A DNA stretch of 59,600 bases from NCBI RefSeq assembly GCF_001194135.2, contig NC_068982.1:8881424-8941023 (forward strand), written 5' to 3'. This document shows, piece after piece, positions 11,780-24,290 of this stretch (its first letter is position 1; each line of letters begins with the position of its first letter). The notes under the pieces were generated by a model that ran no database searches, had not been told where the DNA came from, and was given only the letters and a program-made list of their open reading frames with translations. The position numbers and the translations under genes are program-made. The stretch is from Octopus bimaculoides (taxonomy: Eukaryota).

Positions 11780-11995
11780 TTGTACGTACGTGTGTGTTTG
11801 TACGTACGTGTGTGTTTGTACGTACGTGTGTGTTTGTACGTACGTGTGTGTTTGTACGTACGTGTNNNNNNNNNNTACGTGTGTGTTTGTACGTACGTGT
11901 GTGTTTGTACGTACGTGTGTGTTTGTACGTACGTGTGTGTTTGTACGTGCGTGTGTGTTTGTACGTGCGTGTGTGTTTGTACGTGCGTGTGTACA
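11780..11995. repeat. 18 bp minisatellite (GTACGTACGTGTGTGTTT)n with a 10 N gap
   Basis: Direct reading; later units change GTACGTAC to GTACGTGC. Confidence 0.95.
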
Positions 11996-12187
11996 CGTGC
12001 TAGACTATATGTGTGGGTTTGTATATCCATATCCACTGAATGTTATATGTAATAATTTTTTCCACTTTTCTGTAGGTTTATTTCATTGCGTATCTGCTCT
12101 TTGTCATTGATCTCCTCCCATCCGAGGAATCGAAGCTAGATGGGTTGAAACAATTGTTGCAGAGTCAATAAAATATTCTCATAAATA

Positions 12188-12676
12188 NNNNNNNNNNNNN
12201 NNNNNNNNNNNNNNNNNNNNNNNNNNNNNNNNNNNNNNNNNNNNNNNNNNNNNNNNNNNNNNNNNNNNNNNNNNNNNNNNNNNNNNNNNNNNNNNNNNNN
12301 NNNNNNNNNNNNNNNNNNNNNNNNNNNNNNNNNNNNNNNNNNNNNNNNNNNNNNNNNNNNNNNNNNNNNNNNNNNNNNNNNNNNNNNNNNNNNNNNNNNN
12401 NNNNNNNNNNNNNNNNNNNNNNNNNNNNNNNNNNNNNNNNNNNNNNNNNNNNNNNNNNNNNNNNNNNNNNNNNNNNNNNNNNNNNNNNNNNNNNNNNNNN
12501 NNNNNNNNNNNNNNNNNNNNNNNNNNNNNNNNNNNNNNNNNNNNNNNNNNNNNNNNNNNNNNNNNNNNNNNNNNNNNNNNNNNNNNNNNNNNNNNNNNNN
12601 NNNNNNNNNNNNNNNNNNNNNNNNNNNNNNNNNNNNNNNNNNNNNNNNNNNNNNNNNNNNNNNNNNNNNNNNNNNN
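12188..12676. other. Assembly gap (N run). Other large gaps: 25320-25462, 27043-27142, 31197-31443, 36495-36570, 36837-37246, 54092-54816, 55680-55978
   Basis: Runs of N, nearly all abutting (TA)n or (CA)n tracts. Confidence 0.99.
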
Positions 12677-12679
12677 ATA

Positions 12680-12943
12680 GTACCACAGGCACAGATTCGA
12701 CTCCAGATCTTTACATTTTGTCAATTGGTTACGTAACTAACCAAGTAACTAACCTCTCGTTTGTTTAACCTGCTGGTTGTACAATCAATCGGTTGTTTGT
12801 TAATCAGATTTCTTTCGTTGCTGTCCGCCATCTTTTCAGGGACTTGGTGACTTCCCCTTCCGCTCCAAGATCTGCTCTGACTCTATCTGAGAATTCGTCT
12901 TCTGTGTGTGTGTGTGATGAAACGCCACACACGCGTTGTAACA
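12680..12943 (-). mobile_element. Candidate solo LTR (one end lost in the gap)
   Basis: Minus strand begins TGTTACAACGCGTGTGTGGCGTTTCATCAC; the first ~30 nt are shared with 10802-10832. Confidence 0.35.
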
Positions 12944-13153
12944 TTTCAGAGGAGCATCTTATTTAAGGATGCTGAATTGATGAAAGTAAATATCAATTCT
13001 AGGGACGTATTTGAACCAGAGGAAAGGGAGCGAGAACGAGCAGCAAAAGGGTTCCATATGATACGATAATTTTTCAACACGCACAACAAATACTCACACG
13101 CACACACACCGATGTAAATATATATTTATACATGTGTGCGTGGTGTATATATT

Positions 13154-13208
<55 letters not shown>

Positions 13209-14957
13209 ATATATAAAGAAAATAGACATTAAGTACAGGATATCACCAATGAGTTAAAAGCACGTAAACACACGACTGATGAGTACAGGCCAAATACGAA
13301 AAGTAGGTAACTCGCTCATCAATTGTCAACTGTTTTGCTACTCCCTATTTCTTTGACAAGATACGATGGAGATGGAACATGAAACTGCATGCGTTCAGGA
13401 TAAATTTCGTAAATTCAGGTACGTGATCTATGTTATGAATGGAAGACGCACTTACTTGAGTTCGACAGGAACTGGGCTCAGAACTTCAAATAATTCTAAG
13501 ATGTTATCCAGCCTACATAAGTGTCGATTCAGCAGGCTACCCTACACTGCTAGCGTAGACATAATATTAGAAATAATTGTTTCTAACATAGATGTAATGA
13601 GCCGAAATTAAGCTTACAAAGAATAACCGATAATACAGTCTGCAGCGGTGGAATGCTATTCTATTTTATCAACTCCATACTGGATAAAAAGTAGACTAAC
13701 CTCGATGGGACTTAAAATCGAAATGTAAAATGCCATAACAAATATGACGAAGCATTTTGTCCGAAGCTCTCATGATTTTGTTTATACATTCCCCGAATTG
13801 TTTCCACAATAAAATGACTTGCAAAAAAGTAAAAAAACAGAAACAGAAGCGTTGGTAACTGCTTAACAAGTAGTAGTAGTAGTAGTAGTAGAATGAAACA
13901 AAGCAATTAAGTAAAACAAGACGAAATGATAGGAAGCAATCAAAGAAAAGGAAAAAACATATTTTGTAATATGAGGCAACAAGTTATCCATATAGCTTGC
14001 CAATTTTAAGAATTAAATATGTAAGCATCTCCTTCTATATAAAGAGTATTTCTCAAGAGAGTTAGCAGAATAAATAACGTATGTATGAGTGTGTATGTTA
14101 ATGCTAACGAACTGCATCGCTGACTTTAAATTCCATTGCCTATACAATTTTATGTACGTTTATATTCAAGAAGACGGTTACGCTAAATCAAGCTGCGACA
14201 TTCTTATGTGGACGCTACTATGTGTTGTTCAAGGAACTTTCTAGAATTAGCAGCTAACGTCCTCATCAGAAAACCGTATTTACATCTAAGATGGAGACGG
14301 ACATCTACTTCCCATGTAATAGGCTTCAAAATTAAGAGTTAATTTTTTCTTAGCATGAAAACAACGGTAGCATGTTTAACACACGCATACACACACACAC
14401 ACATTCAGACACACACATTTAAATTCAGATTTGTTATGAGTCTATTTCTCCAGACAAACTAGAGTAATGGTTTTTTGCCTCAGTTTTAATTGAAGATAAT
14501 ACTTTTCACATATTTATGAGCCTTTTCACCACTTAAATCTTTCTTTCATTAAGTTTTAAGATTGAATATAGACTTAATGTAACAACCGTATTACTACGAC
14601 AGTCTGTTTTACCTTATATTAATGGTCATTAGCTTAAGGCTACGAATGTGATACCAAGGGGTAAAATCAATTGTAATGAAATGAGACAAAATTTCGGTTT
14701 GCTTTACTATCATCTAAATAATTAACACGTAAATTGATATCCTGACAATTCGATCGTACATCACCTTTCAAAAGCAGTAAATACTATAAATTCTATGCTA
14801 TAAAATTTGCTTCGCTACTGAATACAATGTTTTATAAGGTCCTCTTTCCATCGACTTCTTTGTCATTCTCTTACACGAAGAAACATGAATAGAAAATAAA
14901 ATGTGTATGCAGATACGCCCCCCCCCCACTCATACGCACATAAACATNNNNNNNNNN

Positions 14958-14996
<39 letters not shown>

Positions 14997-15050
14997 TTTA
15001 TATACACATATTTGTGTCTTTGTATGGATGTACTGGACTAATAAAGAGGA

Positions 15051-15365
15051 GCGCTCCGTCGGTTACGACGACGAGGATCAGAGCTGATACGATCAACAGA
15101 ACAGCTTGCTCGTGAAATTAACGTGCAAGTGGCTGAGCACTCCACAGACACGTGTACCCTTAACGTAGTTCACGAGGAGATTCAGCGTGACACAGGCTGT
15201 GACAAGGCTGGCCCCTTTGAAATACACGTACTTCTCATTTTTGCCAGTTGAGTAGACTGGAGCAACGTGAAATAAAGTGTTTTGCTCATGGACACAACGC
15301 GTCGCCGAGAATTGAACTTACGACCGTGAGCGAGATGCCCTAACCACTAAGCCACGCATCTTCAC
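15051..15365 (-). mobile_element. SINE family C (D-type head and core plus C-type 3' tail)
   Basis: Tail GTGAAATTAACGTGCAAGTGGCTGAGCACTCCACAGACACGTGTAC shared with 19863-20248, 26884-27042 and, partly, 30897-31122. Confidence 0.85.
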
Positions 15366-16027
15366 ACTGGGCTAATAGAAACTTGCTGGAACCTTCACAG
15401 AATACTTCGATTGGTGAGAAATTTGAGAAGCAGTAACTTAATATGTGATATTCAGCTATTAAATTAGTCTGGTTATTTGAGTTATTTGATAAATTTTTAA
15501 CTTTAGAAAAGAAATACCTTATTTAAACTTATAGGATTTCAACTAAATGTTATCTGTTTAGTTTTGTTTTATTTTCATTTTCGTATTGATACTTCTCTTC
15601 AACTGAAATTCAATCGTATCAATTTGTACATTTGAAATCTTTTAACTATATTGCATAGAATCATTCATGCCATCAAAATAGAAACCAGCAAGCAGAAAAT
15701 CACGATTCGAGAGATGAATAACACCGCGTTAAGAATAATAAGAGAAGGCTCCAAAAACCAACCTCATATCAGAACAAGAATCGAGAAAAGTACACATGCG
15801 GCACAAACTCATTTTCTGCACTGAAGAAAAGCAGTCAACAGAACATCTTTTATTTGTTTCAGTCATTTGACTGCGGCCATGTTGGGGCAATATCTTGAAG
15901 GGTCTTTAGTTGAACAAATTGACCTGACGAAGAACTACAGGAAGAATATAAGAAGAAAATTTTGCAAGGGAAGAACCAGGATCTGCAAATTCGGCGTACT
16001 CTTATACACGTATCGTCTAGTTCTGTC

Positions 16028-16193
16028 ACAGCCACATAGTTCTGGGTTCAGTCCCACTGTGTGGTACCTTGAGCAAGTGTCTTCTATTGTAGGATGGGTC
16101 TATCAAAATATCATGAGTAAATATAGTAGACGGAAACTGAAAGAAGCTCGTTTATTTTAGACGGAAACTGAAAGAAGCACACACACAATCGCA

Positions 16194-16233
<40 letters not shown>

Positions 16234-16400
16234 TGTGTGTGCAAGTGCACGCGCTAGTTTGCGCGTACAAGTGTATGTCTTTGTGCCTGTGTTTGTCCCC
16301 TATCACCGGTTGACAACCGGTATTCGATTGTTTACATCCATGTAACTTGACAGTTCGGTAAAAGAGACCAATAGGATAACTATAGGGCTAAAAATTCTTT
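16028..16400 (+). mobile_element. SINE family B, degenerate copy
   Basis: CTGGGTTCAGTCCCACTGTGTGGTACCTTGAGCAAG..GACGGAAACTGAAAGAAGC..(CA)n..TTTGTCCCC..CAGTTCGGTAAAAGAGACC. Confidence 0.75.
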
Positions 16401-16652
16401 ATAGACTGAAACAAGTTAGACTTAAAAGGATAAAATTAGAAGAGTTCTTTCTAATCTAATACCATATTTTGAAATATTAGCATGGATATGTTGAGACGTT
16501 TCACCAACTAATTTGCTAAAATTCCTGGCATTATATAAAGCAATCTATTGTGAAAATATTTCCTTCCAATTACAAGCTACCCAACAACAATTGTGATTTA
16601 GAAATAATACATTTCTAAATCTCTCAGGGAGATTTATGCCGTAGTGATTCGA

Positions 16653-17024
16653 TGAAGTAGTTGTATGCTGTCAACTTAATGTGACAGTCACCTGAAGGGA
16701 ATAACACTACTGTTGGTTAGACCGAGGAAGCTGCACCGCTTCCCGTCGGCCTTGACACATTTCCTGTATCCTTTTGTTTACAAGGGGGAGACAAGCACCT
16801 CCACCCAGCTAAGCCTGCATCCAGAGGCAGACAAAGACTCAGAAACATGTCTCTGGATGCAGGCTTAGCTGGGTGTAGGTGCTTGTCTCCCCCGTGTAAA
16901 CATAAGGACACAGGAAATGTCTCAAGGCCGACAGGAAGCGGTGCAGCTTCCTAGGTCTAACCAGCAGTAGTATTATTCCCTTCAGGGGACTGTCAAATTA
17001 AGTTGACACCATACAACTACTTCA
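16653..17024. repeat. 372 bp foldback hairpin: 177 bp arms and an 18 nt loop
   Basis: 16653-16829 versus the reverse complement of 16848-17024: 13 substitutions, no indels (manual count). Confidence 0.95.
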
Positions 17025-17410
17025 ACAATTGTGATATTCAAATATGAGAAAAAAATCTTCACCTGATTTTATTCTATGCCTCTGAATTTAGGACTATTTT
17101 GAAGGTTTTTTTAGGTTTACACACATAATCTATTGAAAATTAGGACACGTCCTTTGATAGTATTGGATTCACAAAATATTTTACAGAGAAGATCGAAAAT
17201 CTTAAAATCTCTTTAAAAAAAAATTCTGTGTTTACGTTTAAGAAATATCGGATATGACAGGAACAGAGGTTGTTAATGTGTGGCAAGGAATAAATTAAAA
17301 TCTTATACTTCATGTCGAAATAAGATAAAGTTGTCTTTCAAAATGTCAAGAATTGTTAAGAGCTGTATTAATTGTTCTAATGTATCTAAACACGGAATCA
17401 CATGCACGCG

Positions 17411-17412
<2 letters not shown>

Positions 17413-17478
<66 letters not shown>
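17413..17478. repeat. (CT)n microsatellite
   Basis: Direct reading. Confidence 0.97.
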
Positions 17479-17479
<1 letters not shown>

Positions 17480-19424
17480 ACACACGCACACACACAGAAT
17501 TATGACTGTCATCATCAGTTCTTCGAGTTTTGTTAGCTTTATGCATTTTCGGAGGTTTCAAAATATTGAATAAATTGGAAAACTGGCACAATGTTTCGAA
17601 TGTTCCTTTATTCCACTATGGTGAAATATTTTTGTTCGGATGCAGAGCCGGGCCCACAACAACATGGAGCTTCAAGTAGTTTGTGACTTGGTGGATCACC
17701 ATAGATGTACGGAAGTTAATTCTTTCCAGAATAGGGAAAAGATTGTTTCAGTTATGCGATTTGAATATTTTCCTTTGTAAATTGCTGATCTCACCCACAG
17801 GATGAAGTAGATCCCAATATGCACAGAGAAATTACTCATCTAAATGTTCTAAAGCTTATAAACGAAATTTAAAAGGATTCTCATTCCATAGCTTTCTCAG
17901 ATCACCGAGTTGAAAGAGAGTAGGAAGTGTTTTCTAACCGTAATGGAAAACGTTTTGCAGCAATGTATTATTTATAAATAAAACTAAGACTGATGTTAAC
18001 AGCCCAGTGTTTTAAAGCAAGCATTTTATGCAAAGTACTACAAAAGTACTTCCCTTACTCAAATGATACCTTACGCCCATTTTTTTTACCAAAAATATAA
18101 ATACGGTGAGTCTCGTCATAAAGAATTTAGTAATACGAATCTGTTCTTGTAATTTTCGGAATTACGTTGATAATATTTCCTGGGTGTTTATTTTAGAAGT
18201 CAAACACCATTTAATGCCTACTTCATTAAAGCATCCCTATCTGCTTCTTAATTTCACAATTTCTGATTTCATTTATAGTTCAATTTTATTATACATTTAT
18301 CGCATGACTAACTAAAAATATTATCATTGCCATATTCAGTGACTGTAACAAAACGGATGTCTTTACTATATTTCATCTCTTCTTTATAAGTATTTCGTAA
18401 TTTCAATTTTTATGGATGTTAGTTCTAACAAATTACAGGCATTAAATCAAACGGAAAATATATTTTATGGTTTATACTATATAATTATTCGAAGAAATGT
18501 ATCTGCTTTGTCTAATCAGTTCAGTTAAGGGACTTGAATCGATGCATAACTTGCAGTAAATGAATATTATGTCGAACAGTGGAAATGTATACATATAAAG
18601 ACATGGTCATTTGCTGTTTGAGCATAAACACTCGGCTTCATCAGGAATAAAAAAGGGAAGTCACAGTTTAGATTTAGTGAAAAACAAAATTAAGAATAAG
18701 TTATTTTGTGCAGAAATTGAGTTAAGATATCCTTTTTTAGTTTTATTTATTAAAAACTGCTCAGAAACAGTATAGAAGGCGAATACTATCATATTGAATA
18801 CATATCATACACGGAAACTGAAAAGGGCTTTAATATTGAACGATGTATTATTAATATACTGTTGATATATTTGAAACAAGAAATATTGTGATGGACCACC
18901 ATCATTTCCTGGATGGCGCGATTTGAGGGGAAATCATAAACTCTGTCAGAGTGAAACGCATTATAAGCTTTCAACGCTTCCTTTTCACAACATCATAGCG
19001 TTCTCCTAGTTACAAATATTGGCTTACTGGGAATGTAATTATTGCTATGAAAGTAAATACTTTGCCAAAGTAAGTTCAATTATATACTTTTGATGTGTCC
19101 ATTTTTTAACACCGTAGCGAATTATTGCCAAGAGTTTACAGAAGTATTTATATTGGAATCATATCAGATACAGCTGGCTTAAACTATTATTTATAGAATT
19201 GCTTTAACTATGGAAATATATGATATATAATTCAAAAGACTTGGCAGTGTTAAATACGGGTCATGGCCATTGTACGCACTTTATTATTTTGCTTTTAATT
19301 GACATCAAGATTTGGAATTTGCTGTCCACATTTAGACTCAGCTAATCTATATCTACTTGCCAACAACGAATTAAAACCTGCTGCGTCTCTTTGGACCCCA
19401 CATATAATATGATAGCAAAGGAAA

Positions 19425-20450
19425 CACTATTTCTATTTCTCGATTCTCAATGAATATTGATAACTGAGTAAAAGAAAATATATACAAAGAATGATACAAA
19501 CCCACAGACATTCATTCATATATGCATACCAGTAGAAGGTTATGCATAGGTACGTGTCCACAAGGTGGAGAATTGCAGCAATATTTACAAGAATAGTAAT
19601 CTCTCCTGGATCTGAAATAAGTACATTGCTTCTCATTTAGAAGTCCATGTCTTTGCAATGCAAGAAGAGGTGATAGCTAATAAACGTGTGATTAGCGCAG
19701 AGATACAGAAACCTTTAAATACCAAATCTGAGGTGCAAGTATCGATTATGCTATACCAGTGTAGAAGTTATTTTTCATACTATCAGTGGCCTCCCAAAGA
19801 CGTCTGTATGATATTACCCCCCTATTAAATATGACATTAGCGCCGATAAGGTTTACAATGTTGTTGTTGGCACTCCGTCGCTTACGACGTCGAGGGTTCC
19901 AGTTGATCCGATCAACGGAACATTCTGCTCGTGAAATTAACGTGCAAGTGGCTGAGCACTCCACAGACACGTGTACTCTTAACGTAGTTCTCGGGGATAT
20001 TCAGCGTGACACAGTGTGACAAAGCTGACCCTTTGAATTACAGGCACAACAGAAAGAGGAAGTAAGAGTGAGAGAAAGGTGTGGCGGAAGAGTACAGCAG
20101 GGTTCGCCACTACCCTCCGCCGGAGCCTCGTGGAGCTTTAGGTGTTTTCGCTCAATAAATACTCACAACGGCCGGTCTGGGAATCGAAACCGTGATCCTA
20201 TGACCGCGAGTCCACTGCCCTAACCACTGGGCCATTGCGCCTCCACTGTTACAATGTTATACACAAGAAGTATTATCATGACGGTCAGACTAATGAGACA
20301 CAAGAACCAGTGAGCATCTACCTTTTAAGAAATCAAGGATACTGGAAGAACATTACAATAAAAGCAGCAACTCAGTGTCTGCACAACAGGTTAGATACGA
20401 ATGTATGAGACGGAGGGAAAAAGTCATGCATCGTTTTACAGATCAGTTCC
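19425..20450 (+). mobile_element. Decayed Penelope-like element interrupted by a SINE C insertion
   Basis: FLD..; KPTDIHSYMHTS; frameshifted RICSN before the SINE; DTGRTL (compare YIGETGRTL) after it. Confidence 0.55.
19863..20248 (-). mobile_element. SINE family C, full length, 10 bp TSD TTACAATGTT (19853-19862 / 20249-20258)
   Basis: Minus strand has A-box TGGCCCAGTGG, B-box GTTTCGATTCC and a (CAA)n 3' end, with identical flanking 10-mers. Confidence 0.9.
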
Positions 20451-21019
20451 TCTGTGGATGTCTCTTCAAAAACCGAGGTAAAGAACTTCTACGTATATCT
20501 CACAAGTAATCTCTAGCTTTTTTATATCCAGGTCACAAATTTGTATTCGTTCATGCTATTATAGGTGTACCTGGGCTTTGTAAATACTGTTGCATATAGG
20601 ACAAGAAATGATTGATTCTTTCCAATACAAAACAAACTGATTAGTATTCTCCAGACACAGTCGACCAGAGAAACTGTAAAAGCGTCAAATTTTCAGGGTT
20701 TCAACAACTTATATGGATATTTGTCTACGAAATATAGTCATATACTTTTGTGTGCATAAGATTCTTAATTTTGTTATCATCTGCTTTAGGTAAGCTATTT
20801 CTTATACACTTACAAATGGGTTATTGCGAGATTGAGGAATACAATTAAACGATATCAACTTGGGCAAACGAATTTCAATTTGGAGTTATTTCATTATTAA
20901 AACTGGTTTCAAATTTTAGTACAAGGCCAGCAATTTCAGGGCTTCTCTAAGTCGATTATGTCGACCTCAATGGTAAGTTCGTCGCTTTTATTTCATTGTT
21001 AAAATTTACTAAACAAATT

Positions 21020-21235
21020 ATGGCGGCAAGATGGCGCCATTTTTAACTTGCCGGGCAAAATGCTTCGCGGCATTTCGTCTACCTTTTAGTTCTGAATTCA
21101 AATGCTGCCGGGTCGACTTTGTATTTCATCGTTTCAAGAGTCGATAAATTAAGTACCAGTTAAGTACTGATGCCAATGTAATCGACTTACTCCCTTACCC
21201 GTAATTGCTGGACTTTTGCCAAAATTTGAAACCAA
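21020..21235 (+). mobile_element. SINE family A, degenerate copy
   Basis: GCCGGGCAAAATGCTTCGCGGCATTTCGTCT..GTCGATAAATTAAGTACCAGTT. Confidence 0.75.
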
Positions 21236-23007
21236 TACTATTAAGCAAATCGTTAACTGTATAACTAATGTTTCACTGTAGGTTACTGGTGTGGTTTCGC
21301 TGTCGTGCTTAATATACCATACAATTTTCTTGCTAATTATTCCGACTTCGAATTTAGCGTGATTAACTAATCTATATTTCAGGCAGAAGACACAATGTTC
21401 TTTATGGTCTTGAAATGTAACGTGTGCTGCACGCTAGTTGAAATTTCTAATCTATTTTCTAATATTTATTTATGAGCTGTAGTTTTATTCACTATTAATG
21501 GTATTGCAAGTAGTTCTCATATAGTTTTGCGTTATAATATTATATGTCACTGTGCGTCAAAATGTCATTCTTATTCTGGGAACACTTTTAGTTTCGTTAG
21601 AGAAAAAATAATGATTCGTTTTTATATATTCTGATGCTGTAAATATCAGACGTAAGTTTATTTTTAATTATATCAGTGAACTAACGAAACTGCTTTATGT
21701 TGGATAACATAGCTAAGAGGTAGAATTCAAAGTGACATTGGTTCATACTTCTTTGGGGCATTTATGTGTAATATCACAGAGAGAAACAAGTGGGTGTAAG
21801 GTTTACTTAAGAATCATACCAAAAAGATTTCTGGATCATTCTTTTAATTACGCCTTCCACTTTCTCTGGTATGTTTTCCTCGTAGTCCTTTTTGACAGAT
21901 AGCAAATATTTTATTTGGAGAAAGTGAAATTAAGCAAATCCATAATTAGTAATATAGTCTGCGGATATAAAAAGTACTATAGTATTTGGTGAGATATAAC
22001 GCAGTTGATAAACTACAAAAATATTCTGTCTGTTGATTTGATGCTATATAATTCGAGCAATATGAAAAGAATTGTTACATGTAGATTATTGGAAGACAGG
22101 ATACAAGTTGAATTCTTTCCTTTTCAAAAGGCTGCGGTGCTTTTCTTCACTTCTAGTAAATTTGGCAAAACGATTGTGTGGTGGTGAATTTGCAAATTAA
22201 TTAATTAGCTGGAAATTAATATCAAAATTATTACTTCTTCTGGTTACATGTATCGTATGCTTTTCGTTCTAAGAAGCTATTTCAAGCATTTTAGTTTAAG
22301 GCGGGTTGTTCGTCAGGAAAACAAGAAAGATGTATCACAATGAATAAGAATTCATTTTACATTACTTGCATGAATTTGAGACCCTCATTATAAAGTCTTT
22401 CATAAAAGCCATCTTTTATGAAATATATATAATGTCGAATTTTTAAGATTTCACACTTCATTTATATTTTAAAAATCGAGGCTGAAGTAAGCATTGCATA
22501 CAGGCGTAAGTCTTGTTTCTCCATGATAATTAGACGTTTCTTTTTATTGATTTGGACAAATTTCTTATTCCTTAAGTATACACAAACCAATAGATAAACA
22601 GACTATGATGTTTACATTGTTGATATAACATGAACTCGAATTACGGGAATCAATAAGCATTTATCTAAAATCCCTTATCTAAAATCATTAGGCATTATAA
22701 TCAGGTCTTATTTCAAATAAAATATAAATATTTACCCTACATAAGAAAAGTAATTGATTATATATCCCTTGGATAAAATGCTAATTAAATGCATCAATTT
22801 CAGAGTATGAGCCAGTAAATAGTTGATGTTTTGATGTTAGAGGGTATGTGCGGCTCTGTTAGATCTACGCCTCATGTGTGAATCTCTGCATATTCTCATA
22901 CTCACACACGTACGCACACACACTCAATGGAGCACAACGAAATCACACACATATACATACGCACACAGACACACACACACAAACACGCACACACATATAT
23001 ACATACA

Positions 23008-23229
23008 CTAGGGGTTGCTGAAAAATTACCAGACTTTGGGTAAAAGAATATAGAGGAGAATCTGTTAATTATAATTTTATTTAACATATTCCTCCTTTTC
23101 CTCAGGTTCCCACGCTTATTGCAGCGGCCTTTCATTTTTCTAAGTTCTGTAAAAGAACTGAGAATGGTGGGCCTCCAACCAGGCCTTTCGGGATACTCTT
23201 AAAGCCAGGAACTTTTCAGCACTCCCTCG
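23008..23229. mobile_element. Mariner/Tc1-type MITE (~220 bp)
   Basis: Imperfect TIRs CTAGGGGTTGCTGAAAAATTACCAGACTTT / AAAGCCAGGAACTTTTCAGCACTCCCTCG followed by TA; second copy at 30050-30247. Confidence 0.75.
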
Positions 23230-23869
23230 TATATATTGAACTTACGAGATGTACTTGGGTAGAAGAATTTTCATCTGACATCGAGTACTGAAACTAAAAC
23301 GATTTCAGCGCGGAAGACATAAGCTAGCTATTCAAACACGCACACAAAGACCGTCAACTTCACTCAAACATTTATTTCTAATATGGCGTCGGTCTTTGAC
23401 TGTCTTTGTGTAATGCTGAATGATTAAATGCTTAGAGGACTTTGTCTCAAGACAAAAGATATTTTGTAACTAAGTTGCAACTGGTCTCGGTTGTTTTAAG
23501 ACGGCCTTTTTACGCTGGAAAAATAACTGAAATACATTAAACTATCGTAATATCAGTTTTGGAAGTTCAAATATTTCTCTTGTCGAAATCGCTTCACTTC
23601 TGGTTCCTTCAGTTTATTGTTAGTTGTCAGCGATAGTAGATTTATAAAAATAACAACAGTCAGGTATGTTGGTGGTGGGAGGAGGAACATCCCTTGTAGC
23701 TGCAGCAGCTTGGGTTCCCTGTGTCTTATAACCGTCTTTCATCTTACTATCATGGTGGTGTTGGATTTTAGCGGTTGTCAATCCATAACTGCTCTGTAGT
23801 TCTGGGAGTGGCCCCAATAATAGCTGCATTATGTATGGTTGACCATTACTGGTTGTCGTCTCTCTTTCT

Positions 23870-24290
23870 ACGGTATTGTTTAATGAAGAACATCCCTCTA
23901 TCAGATTGAAATATGTCACAATTTGGTCTTCATATATTTTGGTGTTGTTTTTGCTGTATTTATTGTATGGAGTTTGGATTCTGTTGGATTCTGAATATTT
24001 TCATGGATTTGAATGTTCTTTTACTCTTTAAGACGATGTTTGGAACATTTGATCCATCTTGGTTTGTTTATTTTTTTTTTCAATAGGAGATAATATTGTA
24101 GACTTCAATTTCTTCAGGATTGTAAGTGGAGATGTATGTTTGCTTTTTCAATTTCAATTCATTTCTTTGTGATGGTTATCTAAGTACTTGGAAACTGAAT
24201 TTATGAGCTTATTGAATTCCATTATAGATTAAGGATTGTGGACAATTGCTGTCAAGGCGTTTATCACTCAATGCTTCGAGTCTTATATAT
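23870..24290 (-). mobile_element. Decayed Penelope-like RT thumb / linker fragment
   Basis: Minus translation RLEALSDKRLDSNCPQSLIYNGIQ*AHKF..TYISTYNPEEIEVYNII..VLKSKRTFKS..RPNCDI. Confidence 0.65.

Noticed and set aside
13361-13418. Possible 58 nt AG..GT-bounded exon; a similar candidate at 20655-20790
   Set aside because: Splice-like dinucleotides are common in AT-rich DNA, and there is no partner exon or homology.
14235-14275. Minus-strand CTGATGA..GAAA with a plausible stem II
   Set aside because: No stem III or NUH triplet and no stem I pairing.
17600-17720. Minus-strand SGKN*LPYIYGDPP resembles the vertebrate Nav channel N-terminal GKNLPFIYGDIPP
   Set aside because: In-frame stops on both sides, no splice signals, flanking residues do not continue the match, and that motif form is vertebrate-like; most likely chance.
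18789-19010. Unique patch with short open frames on both strands
   Set aside because: No motif recognised and all frames close within about 60 codons.
21017-21043. Overlapping YY1-like motifs (AAGATGGCGCCATTTT)
   Set aside because: Aligns position-for-position with the mutated head of a family A SINE, so it is not independent evidence of a regulatory site.
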